Numbered from the stretch's first letter, positions 10,500 to 20,881 are shown. The stretch is DNA of 64,000 bases from an uncultured Nitrospiraceae bacterium (GCA_963811165.1 CAWEQH010000010.1:160001-224000); one strand, 5' to 3'. Notes: a model not told the origin generated them from the sequence alone. Numbers and translations: made by a program.

Positions 10500-11465
10500 C
10501 TAGCCGACTTGAGAAGACGTTAGCTCCCTCAGCGCTTCGATTATTTGCCGCATATCTTCAGGCAGTCCGCTTCTGAATTTCATGTAGTGACCGTTTACGG
10601 GATGAGTGAACCCCAGGAGTTCGGCATGGAGCATCTGCCGGGGAAAAACTATCTTCCTCCGGTCGGCTTCCAGCTGGGTCTTTCTGCCGTAAGTCAGATC
10701 TCCAAGTACAGGGTGCCCGATGGATGCGAAGTGTACCCTTATCTGATGTGTCCTGCCGGTACCCAATTTCGCCTCGATCAGCGTTGCACCGCGAAACCGC
10801 TCGACGACATTCCACGACGTGATCGCCTCTTTCCCTTTTTTTATTCTCGTAGACATTTTTTTCCTGTCCGACTCGGATCTCCCTATCCGGAGGGAGATTT
10901 CTCCGCGATCTTCCTGCAGGTTTCCGTAGACAAGGGCCTTGTATCTCCTGTCGATCGTACGCCTCCTGAACTGCTCAACTAGTCCGTAGTAGGCGCCGTC
11001 ATCGAGTGCAACGACCATGATGCCGGAGGTGTCCTTATCGAGACGGTGCACAACGCCCGGCCTCAGGGGTCCGCCGACAGAGGCAAGCTTACCGCTGTGA
11101 TATGCCACGGCATTCATCAGAGTGCCGCTGGCGTGGCCGGCGGCAGGATAGACGACCATGCCCGCGGGCTTGTCGAGGACAATGAGAAAGTCGTCCTTAA
11201 ACAGTATTTCAACGGCAAGGTCCTCTTTTATAAGTTTCTGTTCCTCGACAGGGACACGGATGGAAATAACGTCACCGGACTTCGCCCGGTAATTAGGTTT
11301 TGTTTCCCGGGAGTTGACGGTAAGGAGGCCCTTTTCGATGAGATGATGTATCTGAGAGCGCGATATACCGGACAGCTGGGACGAAAGGACATCTAAACGT
11401 TTACCCGCATTGTCCTCGTCGATTTGAAATCCGCGGTGAAAGACAGAATGAACATCCGTTTCCAT
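10500..11465 (-). CDS. rluD: RluA-family 23S rRNA pseudouridine synthase (RluD-like, S4 domain)
   Basis: N-terminal S4 (RLD...SRSQI), catalytic VHRLDKDTSG, TGRTHQIRVH, QMLHA. Confidence 0.9.
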   Translation of the reverse strand: METDVHSVFHRGFQIDEDNAGKRLDVLSSQLSGISRSQIHHLIEKGLLTVNSRETKPNYRAKSGDVISIRVPVEEQKLIKEDLAVEILFKDDFLIVLDKPAGMVVYPAAGHASGTLMNAVAYHSGKLASVGGPLRPGVVHRLDKDTSGIMVVALDDGAYYGLVEQFRRRTIDRRYKALVYGNLQEDRGEISLRIGRSESDRKKMSTRIKKGKEAITSWNVVERFRGATLIEAKLGTGRTHQIRVHFASIGHPVLGDLTYGRKTQLEADRRKIVFPRQMLHAELLGFTHPVNGHYMKFRSGLPEDMRQIIEALRELTSSQVG

Positions 11466-11562
11466 GACTATAAAGCGTAAAACAAGCAGTGTAAGATATG
11501 CAACAGGCTGGCAAATCTGCCCCCTGTGTCCCCCCTCGGAAATCATAACGCCCCTGGGGGCG

Positions 11563-12135
11563 TTATTTGCCTCCTCTCAGTTCCATCACGATAATGTCTC
11601 CGTCGTATCCGACTGTTTCAAACCCGAGCTTTCTCCAGAAGCAGTACGCCGGCTCATTGTCTTTTCTGACCCTCGCAATAAAGGTATTTGCAAACGTTGC
11701 CGTGAATTTATTTCGGGACAGCATCTTAAACGCGCGCGTGCCATATCCTCTCCGTCTAAAAGAGGGATCGAACAAGACAAGAGAAAGCTCCGAGGACTCT
11801 CCTGGTACTAAATTGAAAAGCCCGATAAATCCGATTGTCCGGGACTCGCGTTCAATGCAATACGCTGCGAAAAAAATCTTTCGAAGCCGCCAGTAAAATT
11901 TTATCCACGAGGTCCTCCGGGGCCTGCAGACCCTGCTTGATATGCAGGTCTTGCAGACCCTGCTTGATTCCAGGATATCTTCCCGCTTCAGGGTTTCCGA
12001 TAATAAGGGCCCATCCGATATTCTCAGATGCCTGAGCGTCAGGTCCCGCTGCGTGATGTATCTGGGCAAGGAGGTGATCAGCATGCAAACATTCCGATAT
12101 GCGAAAATAGTATCATTTATTGACGCAATGTTCAA
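11563..12135 (-). CDS. GNAT-family N-acetyltransferase
   Basis: Acetyl-CoA motif RRRGYGT and N.PA..FW.KLGF. Start uncertain. Confidence 0.7.
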   Translation of the reverse strand: MNIASINDTIFAYRNVCMLITSLPRYITQRDLTLRHLRISDGPLLSETLKREDILESSRVCKTCISSRVCRPRRTSWIKFYWRLRKIFFAAYCIERESRTIGFIGLFNLVPGESSELSLVLFDPSFRRRGYGTRAFKMLSRNKFTATFANTFIARVRKDNEPAYCFWRKLGFETVGYDGDIIVMELRGGK

Positions 12136-12264
12136 CGTCGAAAATGCATCGTAACTTCCTCGCGGCGTCGTTAAAAAGCATCTTTTTGATGGTAAACGAT
12201 ATAGTAGTATCAGTATCTTACGGGCTTTTTTGCTGCTTACACTTAAAAGTCCTGCCGCTTCACA

Positions 12265-13810
12265 TTAGACCGTAATAGTCGTCCCTATAATATTCATGGC
12301 TGCTTTAATGCCGTCGGCGCCGCTCGATATTATGCCGCCTGAGCATCCGCTGCCTTCTCCGACCAGATAAAGGTTTTTAAAGCCGGTGCAACGGCAGTCC
12401 TTTTCCCTCAGGGCCTGGATCGGAGATGAAGTCTTGCTCTCAAGCCCCATAATACTGCCTGTTTCAAAGCCCCTTATTTTTCTGCTGAAATCCTTCAGGC
12501 CTTCTCTGATTGAGCCGCTTACTTCAACAGGAAGTAAGTCCCATAAGGCAGCTGGTTCTAATCCCGGGGCATAACTTGATTCAACGAATTTTGGAAGGGC
12601 CTTTTTTGTTTATGAACCCTTGTATGTCTGAAAAAGGGGCCTTAAAGCCATCTGAATATCTGTAAAAACTTTTTTCAAGGGCTTCCAGCCAGTCAAGGGC
12701 CTCAAGTGGAGTTGCCTGCCTGCCGATGAGTTTGTCGGGATGGACCCCTGCTACGCAGCCGGCGTTTGCGAATTTGCCGTTTCTTTGGTATCTGCTCATT
12801 CCATTGACTATGTTGGTGTTTTCATATGCGGTTGCAGGGACAACAACTCCGCCCGGACACATGCAAAATGTATACACAGGGAGATTGCCGTCTCCTTTGG
12901 ATGTGAGACGGTATTCAGCAGCCTTAACTCCCGGCAGACTCTCTACGCCCCATTGCGCCCTGTTGATGATTTCCTGGGGGTGTTCCACCCTGCTGCCAAG
13001 TGCAAAGTTCTTTGTGCGGAAGGCAACACCCCTCCTGATTAACATCCTGTATGTCTCAAAGGCAGAATGACCGGGGGCGATAATAAAATAATCCGCTTCA
13101 ATCCCCCCTGATGCAGTTATTGCTTCAATGACTTTGCCATCTTCAATTTTCAGGTCTTCCAGCATGGTCTCAAACAGCACGCTGCCGCCGATATGTATGA
13201 ATTGATCTCTGAGGTTCCTCACAATTGTCCTGAGATTGTCCGTTCCCAGGTGAGGATGTGCCATATATCCAATTTCTTCAGGGCCGCCGGCGCCTATGTA
13301 ACTGGATAATATGAACTGCCTTTCTTTTGATATATGCTTGGACCTTGAAGTGAGCTTTCCATCAGAAAAGGTCCCTGCGCCGCCCTCGCCGAAGGCGTAA
13401 TTGCTGACTGGATCAAAAGCACCGGTCTTCTCAAAATCCTTGATCCCCTCAACCCTTTTATGGAGCTCCGAGCCCCTCTCGATGATCGTGGTAGTAATGC
13501 CTGCTTTCTGAAGCACGAAAGCTGCAAAGAACCCGGCAGGACCGCTTCCTACCACCAGTGCTTTCTCTCCTCTGTTTCGATACGGAATAACCAGAGGCGG
13601 AGAGATTTCCGGAGCATCCCCGGTAATTTCCCCGGATAACACTGAAACCCGGAGCAGCCAGTGGATAGTATCTTTTCTCCTTGCGTCGAGACTCTTATTT
13701 TCTATCTGAAAGGAGAATTCCTTTATGCCCAGTTCTTTTTCGATTCTTTTTTTGAGTTCGTCTCCCTGAAAATCAGTCGGCAGTTGTAACACAATTTCTC
13801 TGTATCCCAT
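12265..13810 (-). pseudogene. FAD/NAD(P)-dependent oxidoreductase split by a single-base frameshift
   Basis: The N-terminal ORF (GSGPAG, GEGGAGTFSDGKL, FCMCPGG) stops at 12581. Another frame continues VESSYAPG... into the C-terminal GEGSGCSGGIISSGADG motif ending at 12265. Confidence 0.85.
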
Positions 13811-13875
13811 TTGCTTAGTTAACCCTGAAGCAGCGAAATAACGGAAAGTTACCTCTTAGGGTATAATCATTATTC

Positions 13876-14052
13876 ATGAGATCCCCGGGGCTCAGCATAA
13901 AAGGTATTTTTTTTGTCGCCATAATCCTCGTCATTGCCATAGCGATTGCCTCCAGGGGCTGCCGGGGGGTCAGGGTAAGAAATAAGATAGTTCAGTTCCC
14001 CGTCAACTCGACTGTCGGCAATATCTTGCCTGCCAGTTTTGGGTATTCCTGA
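13876..14052 (+). CDS. Possible 58-aa single-TM small protein
   Basis: MRSPGLSIKGIFFVAIILVIAIAIASRGC..., with TATAAT 8 nt upstream of the ATG. Overlaps the convergent ORF by about 60 bp. Confidence 0.35.
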   Translation: MRSPGLSIKGIFFVAIILVIAIAIASRGCRGVRVRNKIVQFPVNSTVGNILPASFGYS

Positions 14053-14213
14053 TTTACAAGGTCCAGAACCTTCTCGAATTCATCTACCGACATCACACCG
14101 AAGTTTTTAGACTCCACGATGACGCCCGCCTCGTCGATGATCTCCCCCATAACTGTGCCGCCTGCCAAACGACGGAAACAGAATGTTACCTTGTCTTTGC
14201 CCGACTTCTCCAC
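13992..14213 (-). CDS. Hypothetical protein (73 aa)
   Basis: Protein-like composition. GTG start 6 nt after an extended -10 (TGcTATACT). Confidence 0.6.
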   Translation of the reverse strand: MEKSGKDKVTFCFRRLAGGTVMGEIIDEAGVIVESKNFGVMSVDEFEKVLDLVNQEYPKLAGKILPTVELTGN

Positions 14214-14243
14214 CAACTTAGTATAGCATTTGAGCGGTGAGAG

Positions 14244-14813
14244 TCAGTAGTTTGTCATGTTCTCTATGATCTTCAGCTGGGCGTCGACATTGCGCCAGAT
14301 TATCTGGATGGAATCCTCCGAGAGGCTTTTCCACCGCTGCCGGGTGGGCTGATAAAGATGGGATTCTACGGGGAAACGGTATTTAAATACGATCTGCTCG
14401 ACGTCCTGTCCCACGTAGATACGTCCCTTGGGAACGAAATCAAAGGGGGCAAATTCCAATTTGTACTTCCATAAGAGCAGGCCGTCCTGGTACATCGCCA
14501 GGAGGTCCGCGTAGGCATTCAGGAGTTCTTTATCTTCCTTCGAGGTAACCTTGTCTTTTAATGCCGTTATTCCCGCAGAGAGACTCTGGACCTTTTCAGC
14601 AAGCTGCGGGTAAGACGCGCCGGCCGCAAGCGAGGTTTTCACCGCACGAGCCGCCTCGTTTAACTTTGTGAATTTGCCCTTGTCGATTCCCGGTTCGAAG
14701 GAGCACGACGCAGCGATAAGAAATAGTATCAGGAGTATTGCCGAACCGTTTTTCCGTATTCCTGTTTGGAGGTACGCTACAAAACTAAAATCAGATAGTC
14801 TATCGTTTCTCAC
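14244..14813 (-). CDS. Hypothetical helical lipoprotein
   Basis: Hydrophobic stretch ending in lipobox-like IAASC. Fills the intergenic space. Confidence 0.65.
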   Translation of the reverse strand: MRNDRLSDFSFVAYLQTGIRKNGSAILLILFLIAASCSFEPGIDKGKFTKLNEAARAVKTSLAAGASYPQLAEKVQSLSAGITALKDKVTSKEDKELLNAYADLLAMYQDGLLLWKYKLEFAPFDFVPKGRIYVGQDVEQIVFKYRFPVESHLYQPTRQRWKSLSEDSIQIIWRNVDAQLKIIENMTNY

Positions 14814-14948
14814 TCAGTGAAAGTTTACCATTATGGAGTTGAAAATACCAACATTCTGCATTTATTAAAAAATACCGGGCGGCACCGGAGGCGGGGCTGC
14901 TTTATGGTAGAATAATTGAATTTCTTCGACCAATCGAGAGGCTATTGT

Positions 14949-15620
14949 ATGCTCAAAATTATTATCTTCGATCTTGACGGAACGCTCGTGGATTCGAGCG
15001 TGGATATCACCAATTCCCTCAATTATGCGATGGGACCTTATGGCATAGGAAAGATCACCGTCGAAGAGACGATAGGTTTGGTGGGAGAGGGACTCACCAG
15101 GCTGATAGAGAAGGTCCTCGGCAATGAGAGGGCTGCGCTCGTCCCCGAGGTGCTGGACCGTTTTATCGCCTATTATTCGGAACATCTGGTTGATTTCACG
15201 CGCCCTTACCGGGGTGTCCCTGAGACACTCGAACGCCTCGGCAACTATAGGAAAGCGGTAATCTCGAACAAACGGGAGTTTCTTTCGAGGGAACTTCTCG
15301 CTAGGCTCGGCCTTGCGAAATATTTTGATATTATCCTCGGCAGTGACAGCGCAGAAGAGAAGAAGCCGTCTCCCAAGCCCGTCATTAAGGTCCTGGAATC
15401 CTTTTCTGTCGGGCCCGACGAAGCCGTGATCGTGGGCGACAGCAACTACGACATCGATGCGGGCAAGGCCGCCGGTACGAAGACGATAGCGGTTTCTTAC
15501 GGGTACAGGGAGGCCGGCTTGCTTAAAGGGGCGGATTTCATAATCGGTGATATTACAGAGCTGTTTCAGGTGCTGGCCGAAATCGATTCGGGCGGTTGCA
15601 ATGCACCGCGGGCGTTGTAA
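14949..15620 (+). CDS. gph: HAD-superfamily hydrolase (phosphoglycolate phosphatase-like)
   Basis: FDLDGTL motif I, SNK, KKPSP, VGDS..D motifs. Confidence 0.85.
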   Translation: MLKIIIFDLDGTLVDSSVDITNSLNYAMGPYGIGKITVEETIGLVGEGLTRLIEKVLGNERAALVPEVLDRFIAYYSEHLVDFTRPYRGVPETLERLGNYRKAVISNKREFLSRELLARLGLAKYFDIILGSDSAEEKKPSPKPVIKVLESFSVGPDEAVIVGDSNYDIDAGKAAGTKTIAVSYGYREAGLLKGADFIIGDITELFQVLAEIDSGGCNAPRAL

Positions 15621-15628
15621 GGGGGCCT

Positions 15629-16339
15629 GTGGAAACAACCCTTGACGGAATTCGCGATATAAAGCTGTATCAGCGCAAGCAGGGGTACAGGTTTTCGGTG
15701 GATGCACTTCTTCTGTATTCGTTTGTGAACGTCCGGTACGTCAAAGATGCGGTAGATCTCGGCGCGGGGTCGGGAGTGATCGGTCTTTTGCTCGCCAGAA
15801 AATATCCGGGCGCAAAGGTCCTTCTTGTGGAGCTTCAGCAGACGCTTTACAGGCTCGCGGAAAGAAACATCGAACTCAATGGCCTTGGTGACCGGGTAAG
15901 TGCGGTCCTCAGGGACATATCGTCTTTGCATGAGCTATACCCGGCCATGTCGTATGATCTCGCCGTATCCAATCCTCCTTTCAGAAAACCCACTTCGGGG
16001 CGTTTGAGTCAGGCAGAGGAAAGGGCGGTTGCCCGGCATGAAATCAGACTTCGCCTCCCTGAGCTTGCGAAATGCGCATCGCATCTTTTGAGGTCGAGGG
16101 GCCGGTTCTTCATGATATTCCATCCCGAAAGGGCGATCGAAATGATAGATACGCTAAGGACCGAACAGCTGGAGCCGAAGCGGATCAGGTTTGTCCATAA
16201 CGATATCGATTCGGTCTCGAAGATAGTGCTTGTCGAGGCGGTCAAGGGCGGCAAGGCAGGACTGAAGGTGGAGAAGCCTCTGATACTTTATCGAAAAGAC
16301 GGATCATATACCGATGAGGTGAAGGCGATGTACAGATAG
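15629..16339 (+). CDS. tRNA1(Val) adenine(37)-N6-methyltransferase-like protein
   Basis: GYRFSVDALLL, DLGAGSG, NPPF, ARHE motifs typical of the TrmN6/YfiC family. Confidence 0.85.
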   Translation: METTLDGIRDIKLYQRKQGYRFSVDALLLYSFVNVRYVKDAVDLGAGSGVIGLLLARKYPGAKVLLVELQQTLYRLAERNIELNGLGDRVSAVLRDISSLHELYPAMSYDLAVSNPPFRKPTSGRLSQAEERAVARHEIRLRLPELAKCASHLLRSRGRFFMIFHPERAIEMIDTLRTEQLEPKRIRFVHNDIDSVSKIVLVEAVKGGKAGLKVEKPLILYRKDGSYTDEVKAMYR

Positions 16340-16360
16340 AAGTTGCGAATAGTCGCCGGC

Positions 16361-17032
16361 TCAAACGGAAAGTTCAGTCACTACCCCGTTGCTCATCTTA
16401 AGCTGCCTCTGCGTCTTTGACGCAATGTCTTTGTTGTGGGTGACTATAATGAAGGTCACCTGCCGTTCCGCGTTCATCCGGGAGAAGAGCCTTATGATCT
16501 CTTCCTCGGAGTCTTCATCAAGGTCTCCGGTCGGCTCGTCAGCCAGCACTATCTCCGGTCGGTTGATGAAGGCGCGCGCGATAGCGACCCTTCTTTGCTG
16601 CCCCCCGGAAAGGTGTGCAGGATAGGAGTTTGTCTTGTCCCTGAGTCCGACCAGACCGAGAAGTTCCATTGCATATTCCTCCGTGTCCGCACCATAGTGC
16701 CCGAAGGCGGTGGGCAGCATTATGTTTTCAAGGGAAGTGAGCGTAGGGATAAGACTGGCGAACTGGTAGATAAAACTCATCTTTCGGTTTCTGAATTCGG
16801 AAAGGTTGTTGTCCCCCATCGACCAGATATTGGTGTCGTCTATCAAGACTTCTCCAGAGTCAGGCCTCGTCAGTCCTCCTATGAGGCTAAGGAGGGTCGT
16901 CTTGCCGCTTCCCGAGTGTCCGATTATGGAGACCACCTCGCCTTTTTTTATGGAAAAAGAGACACCGTCGACCGCCTTTAAGGTCTGGCTGTCTATCGTG
17001 TAATTCTTGGTGATATTCCTTATGTCTATCAA
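16361..17032 (-). CDS. ABC transporter ATP-binding protein (LolD/MacB-like)
   Basis: GHSGSGKT, LSGGQQRRVAIARA, ADEPTGDLD. Confidence 0.93.
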   Translation of the reverse strand: MIDIRNITKNYTIDSQTLKAVDGVSFSIKKGEVVSIIGHSGSGKTTLLSLIGGLTRPDSGEVLIDDTNIWSMGDNNLSEFRNRKMSFIYQFASLIPTLTSLENIMLPTAFGHYGADTEEYAMELLGLVGLRDKTNSYPAHLSGGQQRRVAIARAFINRPEIVLADEPTGDLDEDSEEEIIRLFSRMNAERQVTFIIVTHNKDIASKTQRQLKMSNGVVTELSV

Positions 17033-17057
17033 ATCTCCTCCACCTCAGTTCACGACA

Positions 17058-17687
17058 TTAGGACGCGTGTTCGATCTCTTTAAGGAGGTCCGCCGCAGCG
17101 CCCTCGTCGAATTCCTTCAATGCCTCGTACTCCTTTGTGGCCGCCTTCTTGTTATTCATCTTGAGATAAGTCATGCCCAGGTTGTATCTTGCGGCGGTAT
17201 AGTGTGGCCTCAGTCTGACCGCCTTTTTCAGGGATTCTACCTCCTCAGCGTACTTGCCGAGTTTACCGTAGGCGACCCCCATATTGTTGTAAAGGACGGG
17301 ATTCTTCGGCATATACTTTTGCGCCTCCTTGAAGGTCTTTACCGCTTCGGAGGGGTTGTTCATGCGATCGTATACCGTACCCATCTTGAAATACGCGTAG
17401 GCCATATCGGGCTTCACTTTGATCACCTTCTTGTACGCGTCAACAGCCTCTTTATACTGGGAATTGCGATCGTAGAGGTCCGCAAGGCGATAGAGCAAAT
17501 CAGGGTCGTTGGGGTCCGCCTGGAGCTTCCTTTTTACCTCGTCGAAGGTGGATTCGTTAGAGTAAGGGTTGAGCGCAGGTCCGGACGTCGTTTCTGTATG
17601 CTGTTCGGACTTCTTGCAAGAAGTTACGGAGGCAAGAAGAAAAAGTACTACTGCCAGGGCTGATGATATCTGTTTCCTCGTTCTCAT
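17058..17687 (-). CDS. TPR-repeat lipoprotein
   Basis: Lipobox VTSC and multiple TPR motifs. Start at MRTRKQ with SD AAGGAG. Confidence 0.85.
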   Translation of the reverse strand: MRTRKQISSALAVVLFLLASVTSCKKSEQHTETTSGPALNPYSNESTFDEVKRKLQADPNDPDLLYRLADLYDRNSQYKEAVDAYKKVIKVKPDMAYAYFKMGTVYDRMNNPSEAVKTFKEAQKYMPKNPVLYNNMGVAYGKLGKYAEEVESLKKAVRLRPHYTAARYNLGMTYLKMNNKKAATKEYEALKEFDEGAAADLLKEIEHAS

Positions 17688-17697
17688 TTTTTCTCCT

Positions 17698-18903
17698 TTA
17701 TTCCCCTTTTCGAATGGCCTCATAAGGTTCCATCTTGCTTGCCGAGGATGCAGGCAGCAGCGAGGAAAGGAGCCCTGTGACAATGGAGAATATGACGGCC
17801 CCTATTACAAGCTCTGCAAGCACACTTACGGAAGGCAGAAGATAAGGCAATTTCAGGCTCTTGACTATCAGGTCCTGGAAGGAAAGCAAGAGGGAAAAGC
17901 CGACGCCAATGCCGAAAAGACCGCCGGTGACCGAGATAAGCACGGCTTCGGTCACGATCAGGGCAAATATCTGTCCTCTTTTTGCACCCATTGCGCGAAG
18001 CAGGCCGAGCTCGCGCTGCCTCTCGTTGACGATCATATAAAACGCAAAGCCCATCATAAGAAGGGCAAGGACCCACAGCACGGCGCTGATGGCGAGTATG
18101 CCTTTGAGCAGGCCGGCAAGCTGCCGCCTGACGGTGCTGACGACCTCGTCGGAGGCGATGGCCTTTACGCCGTCCACCGCGTGCTCGATCCGTATTGCGA
18201 TCCTGTCGGGGGTGAAATTCTCCTGCACCTGGACCATGACCGCAGAGATCCTGTTCCTGTCGATGTCAATAGGCTGCATAGACTTTGTCTTTGAGTTGGC
18301 GGCCATTACATAGGCCGCGTCCATGGTCATAAACACGGACTGGTCAAAAAATTTCATGCCGGTCGGCTCCATAGTGCCGACGACCGTAAACATCGTCCCG
18401 AAGAAGGGAAGAGAGTCTCCCTTGAGTATGGGCAGTGCACTGCCGGCGATGACCTCGTTGCCGACAAGCGGCTTTCTAAGGTTCTTTTGAAGCCAGGGGG
18501 TCACCGTGAAATCGGTTTCCGGGTCGAAGGCGACAAGGAATACATCCACGTTATAACAGCAGGTGAAGGAGGCGGGTTTTATGAAAAGCTGAGGGGACGC
18601 GTGCTTTACCCCCTCTACGTTTTTGACCGCATCATAGACGGAGCGGTCCATATAAAAACTCGTGGGCTCTCCGGAAAGAAGCGCTGCCTTTGCCTGCGCC
18701 TCGTTTTTTTCAGGCACTACCAGCACGTCCGCTCCCAGCCTGTAGGTGCCTATCTTAAGTGCATTTCTCATGCCGCTTATGAATATGGTGGTGCCCAGGA
18801 GCGTACCGGTAACCACCGCGACCAGGAGAAGCAAAACCGCGGTGCGGATATATTTCCTTCTGAGGTTCTTTACCGCAAGGCCGAAGATCTTTATTTTTTT
18901 CAT
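17698..18903 (-). CDS. FtsX/MacB-family ABC permease with a periplasmic CC motif
   Basis: One N-terminal TM, large periplasmic domain (SFTCCYN), ERQRELGLLRAMGA, three C-terminal TMs. Confidence 0.9.
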   Translation of the reverse strand: MKKIKIFGLAVKNLRRKYIRTAVLLLLVAVVTGTLLGTTIFISGMRNALKIGTYRLGADVLVVPEKNEAQAKAALLSGEPTSFYMDRSVYDAVKNVEGVKHASPQLFIKPASFTCCYNVDVFLVAFDPETDFTVTPWLQKNLRKPLVGNEVIAGSALPILKGDSLPFFGTMFTVVGTMEPTGMKFFDQSVFMTMDAAYVMAANSKTKSMQPIDIDRNRISAVMVQVQENFTPDRIAIRIEHAVDGVKAIASDEVVSTVRRQLAGLLKGILAISAVLWVLALLMMGFAFYMIVNERQRELGLLRAMGAKRGQIFALIVTEAVLISVTGGLFGIGVGFSLLLSFQDLIVKSLKLPYLLPSVSVLAELVIGAVIFSIVTGLLSSLLPASSASKMEPYEAIRKGE

Positions 18904-19005
18904 TGTTATTTATTATAAGTTTGATGCGGCCAAATGTCTAATTATTACCGGCTTACCCCGGCGGGAAAGCCCCGACGCGGCATTGCAGGCAGGGATAATT
19001 TCCCA

Positions 19006-19055
19006 TAAAAAAGGCAAAGAAAAGGGCCGGGCAGATGAGTTATTCTTCCCGGCCC
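19006..19055 (-). terminator. Rho-independent terminator after the beta-propeller gene
   Basis: GGGCCGGG...CCCGGCCC stem followed by a U-rich tract on the minus strand. Confidence 0.7.
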
Positions 19056-19077
19056 ATAGATGACAGTTACAAATGTG

Positions 19078-20157
19078 TTATTTGCTGGCGTGCCAGTCGA
19101 TCTCTATGCCGCAGAGCAGGGGCGAACCCTTGTCGATTTTTACGGTCACTCCAGCTTCCTTATGACAGGATGCACATGCTGAAACGGTTTCAACCAGGTC
19201 GTAATTTTTCATGTCCATGACGTTTAACGTGCTGTCATCGCCGTACGTCCTCGAAGAAACGAACGCGTATTTGCCGTCTTTTGTAAAGGCAAAGTCGTGA
19301 GGCCTTACGTTATCCGGCAGGACAATGCGTTTTACGATTTCGTCCGTCTTGGTGTCGATCACTATAATCTGGCTCTTGTGCGTTCCCGGCTTAAGACCGG
19401 GATCGAATTCGTTCGGAGCGCTGACCCAGAGATATTTTCCGTCAGGGGTCATCCTCGCCTGATGGATGAAGGTCATCTCAGGGCTCGTGATCTGCTTTAT
19501 CTCTTTCTTTTTCTTCCAGTCGTAGACATACACAATGCCGGTAGGCATATCAGTGATATATGCCTTGGCGGCGTTCTTTGTCCACTGGATTCCGCAGACG
19601 GCCTTTCCTATAGGCATCTTATCGACGGTCTTCAGGGTCTTTGCGTCCCAGACATATACGTTGCCGTCGGCCATGTCTTCGAAGTAGAACTTACCGTCGG
19701 GGCCGACAATGGCTCCGCAGAACTTCTCCCCGACCTTGTAAGGTCCGGTTTTCTTGCCGGTTTTCAGGTTGACCTTGTATACATCGCCGTTTAGTGTGCC
19801 GGCAACAAGGACTTTTTCGCCCTTCTCCGTAATGATGGACTGCCCGTGCGTTCCTCCGGCCTTCTTGACTTCTTCGAAACTCATCCCGGCAATCTTGCCT
19901 TCCATTTCGGAACCGGCTTCTGTGAGTACGATTCTCCCTTTTTCCATGTCTGTGGGCGGCTTCATTGTCTTCATGTCGATTACTGCGATATGGCCGCCGT
20001 GACCTGCTATGTAAGCGGTAGCATTAAACATAGGAGCCTTTGCTGCGGTTACTACCTTTGCATCGATTACCTGTACCTTGTCGGCTGAAGCAATCATAAC
20101 GCTGTATCCAATGACAACCAGAAGCAGAACCAGTAACACCGTAAATGTCTTTTTCAT
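19078..20157 (-). CDS. Secreted YVTN/YncE-like beta-propeller with a C-terminal CxxCH motif
   Basis: Signal peptide, repeats such as TPDGKYLWVS and TKDGKYAFVS, CASCH near the C-terminus. Confidence 0.75.
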   Translation of the reverse strand: MKKTFTVLLVLLLVVIGYSVMIASADKVQVIDAKVVTAAKAPMFNATAYIAGHGGHIAVIDMKTMKPPTDMEKGRIVLTEAGSEMEGKIAGMSFEEVKKAGGTHGQSIITEKGEKVLVAGTLNGDVYKVNLKTGKKTGPYKVGEKFCGAIVGPDGKFYFEDMADGNVYVWDAKTLKTVDKMPIGKAVCGIQWTKNAAKAYITDMPTGIVYVYDWKKKKEIKQITSPEMTFIHQARMTPDGKYLWVSAPNEFDPGLKPGTHKSQIIVIDTKTDEIVKRIVLPDNVRPHDFAFTKDGKYAFVSSRTYGDDSTLNVMDMKNYDLVETVSACASCHKEAGVTVKIDKGSPLLCGIEIDWHASK

Positions 20158-20386
20158 TCTTTCTCCCCTTCTCACTATCTTTTTTTGGTATCTTCGTAAA
20201 TCCATTCTTCCTTAACCCGAAACCGTCATGTCCGTTGTCTCAGCTCTTCACCTCCTTTGTCAATGGCGAATTTCCTATACGGCTTTCTTGCACTAGTATA
20301 AGAAACCCGCCGCTGCATATTCAACATGAATTTCTAACTTTAGATACGTTAAATCTCAGCATTTATAGGAATAAAGGTCTCGGACC

Positions 20387-20881
20387 TTATCGCCCTATGT
20401 GACGGTCCTCAGGGGCAAAGGCTTTCCTGTCGAGCAGTTCACGAATGGTTTTGCACAAAACGGGATGGACCCTCTCCGGCGCTATCTCCGACAGGGGCCT
20501 GAGCACGAACTCTCTTTCGTGCATCAGGGGGTGAGGGATTGTAAGCTCATCTCCATTCATTCGCATATTTTCGTATAGAAGGATATCGATGTCAATTACC
20601 CGCGGGCCCCACTTTTTTTCGGCCAGCCTTCCCATGTCACTTTCTATTTTTTTAATGAGCGACAGAAGTTCATGCGGCGAAACGTCCGTTTCCGCCTCCA
20701 CCGCCATGTTGATGAATCGCGGCTGGTCTTTTACGCCCCACGGCTCGGTTTCATACATCGCCGAGCGCCTTGTAATCTTCAGCCCGTTCTCTTCGAGAAG
20801 CGATACGGCCCTCAGGCAGTTGTCCTGTCGGCTGCCGAGGTTGGAGCCTAATCCCAAATACACAGTGGGCATTTCATTCAA
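20387..20881 (-). CDS. folK: 2-amino-4-hydroxy-6-hydroxymethyldihydropteridine diphosphokinase
   Basis: YLGLGSNLG, YETEPWG, WGPRVIDIDIL, PHP..HER.FVL.PL. Confidence 0.96.
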   Translation of the reverse strand: MNEMPTVYLGLGSNLGSRQDNCLRAVSLLEENGLKITRRSAMYETEPWGVKDQPRFINMAVEAETDVSPHELLSLIKKIESDMGRLAEKKWGPRVIDIDILLYENMRMNGDELTIPHPLMHEREFVLRPLSEIAPERVHPVLCKTIRELLDRKAFAPEDRHIGR

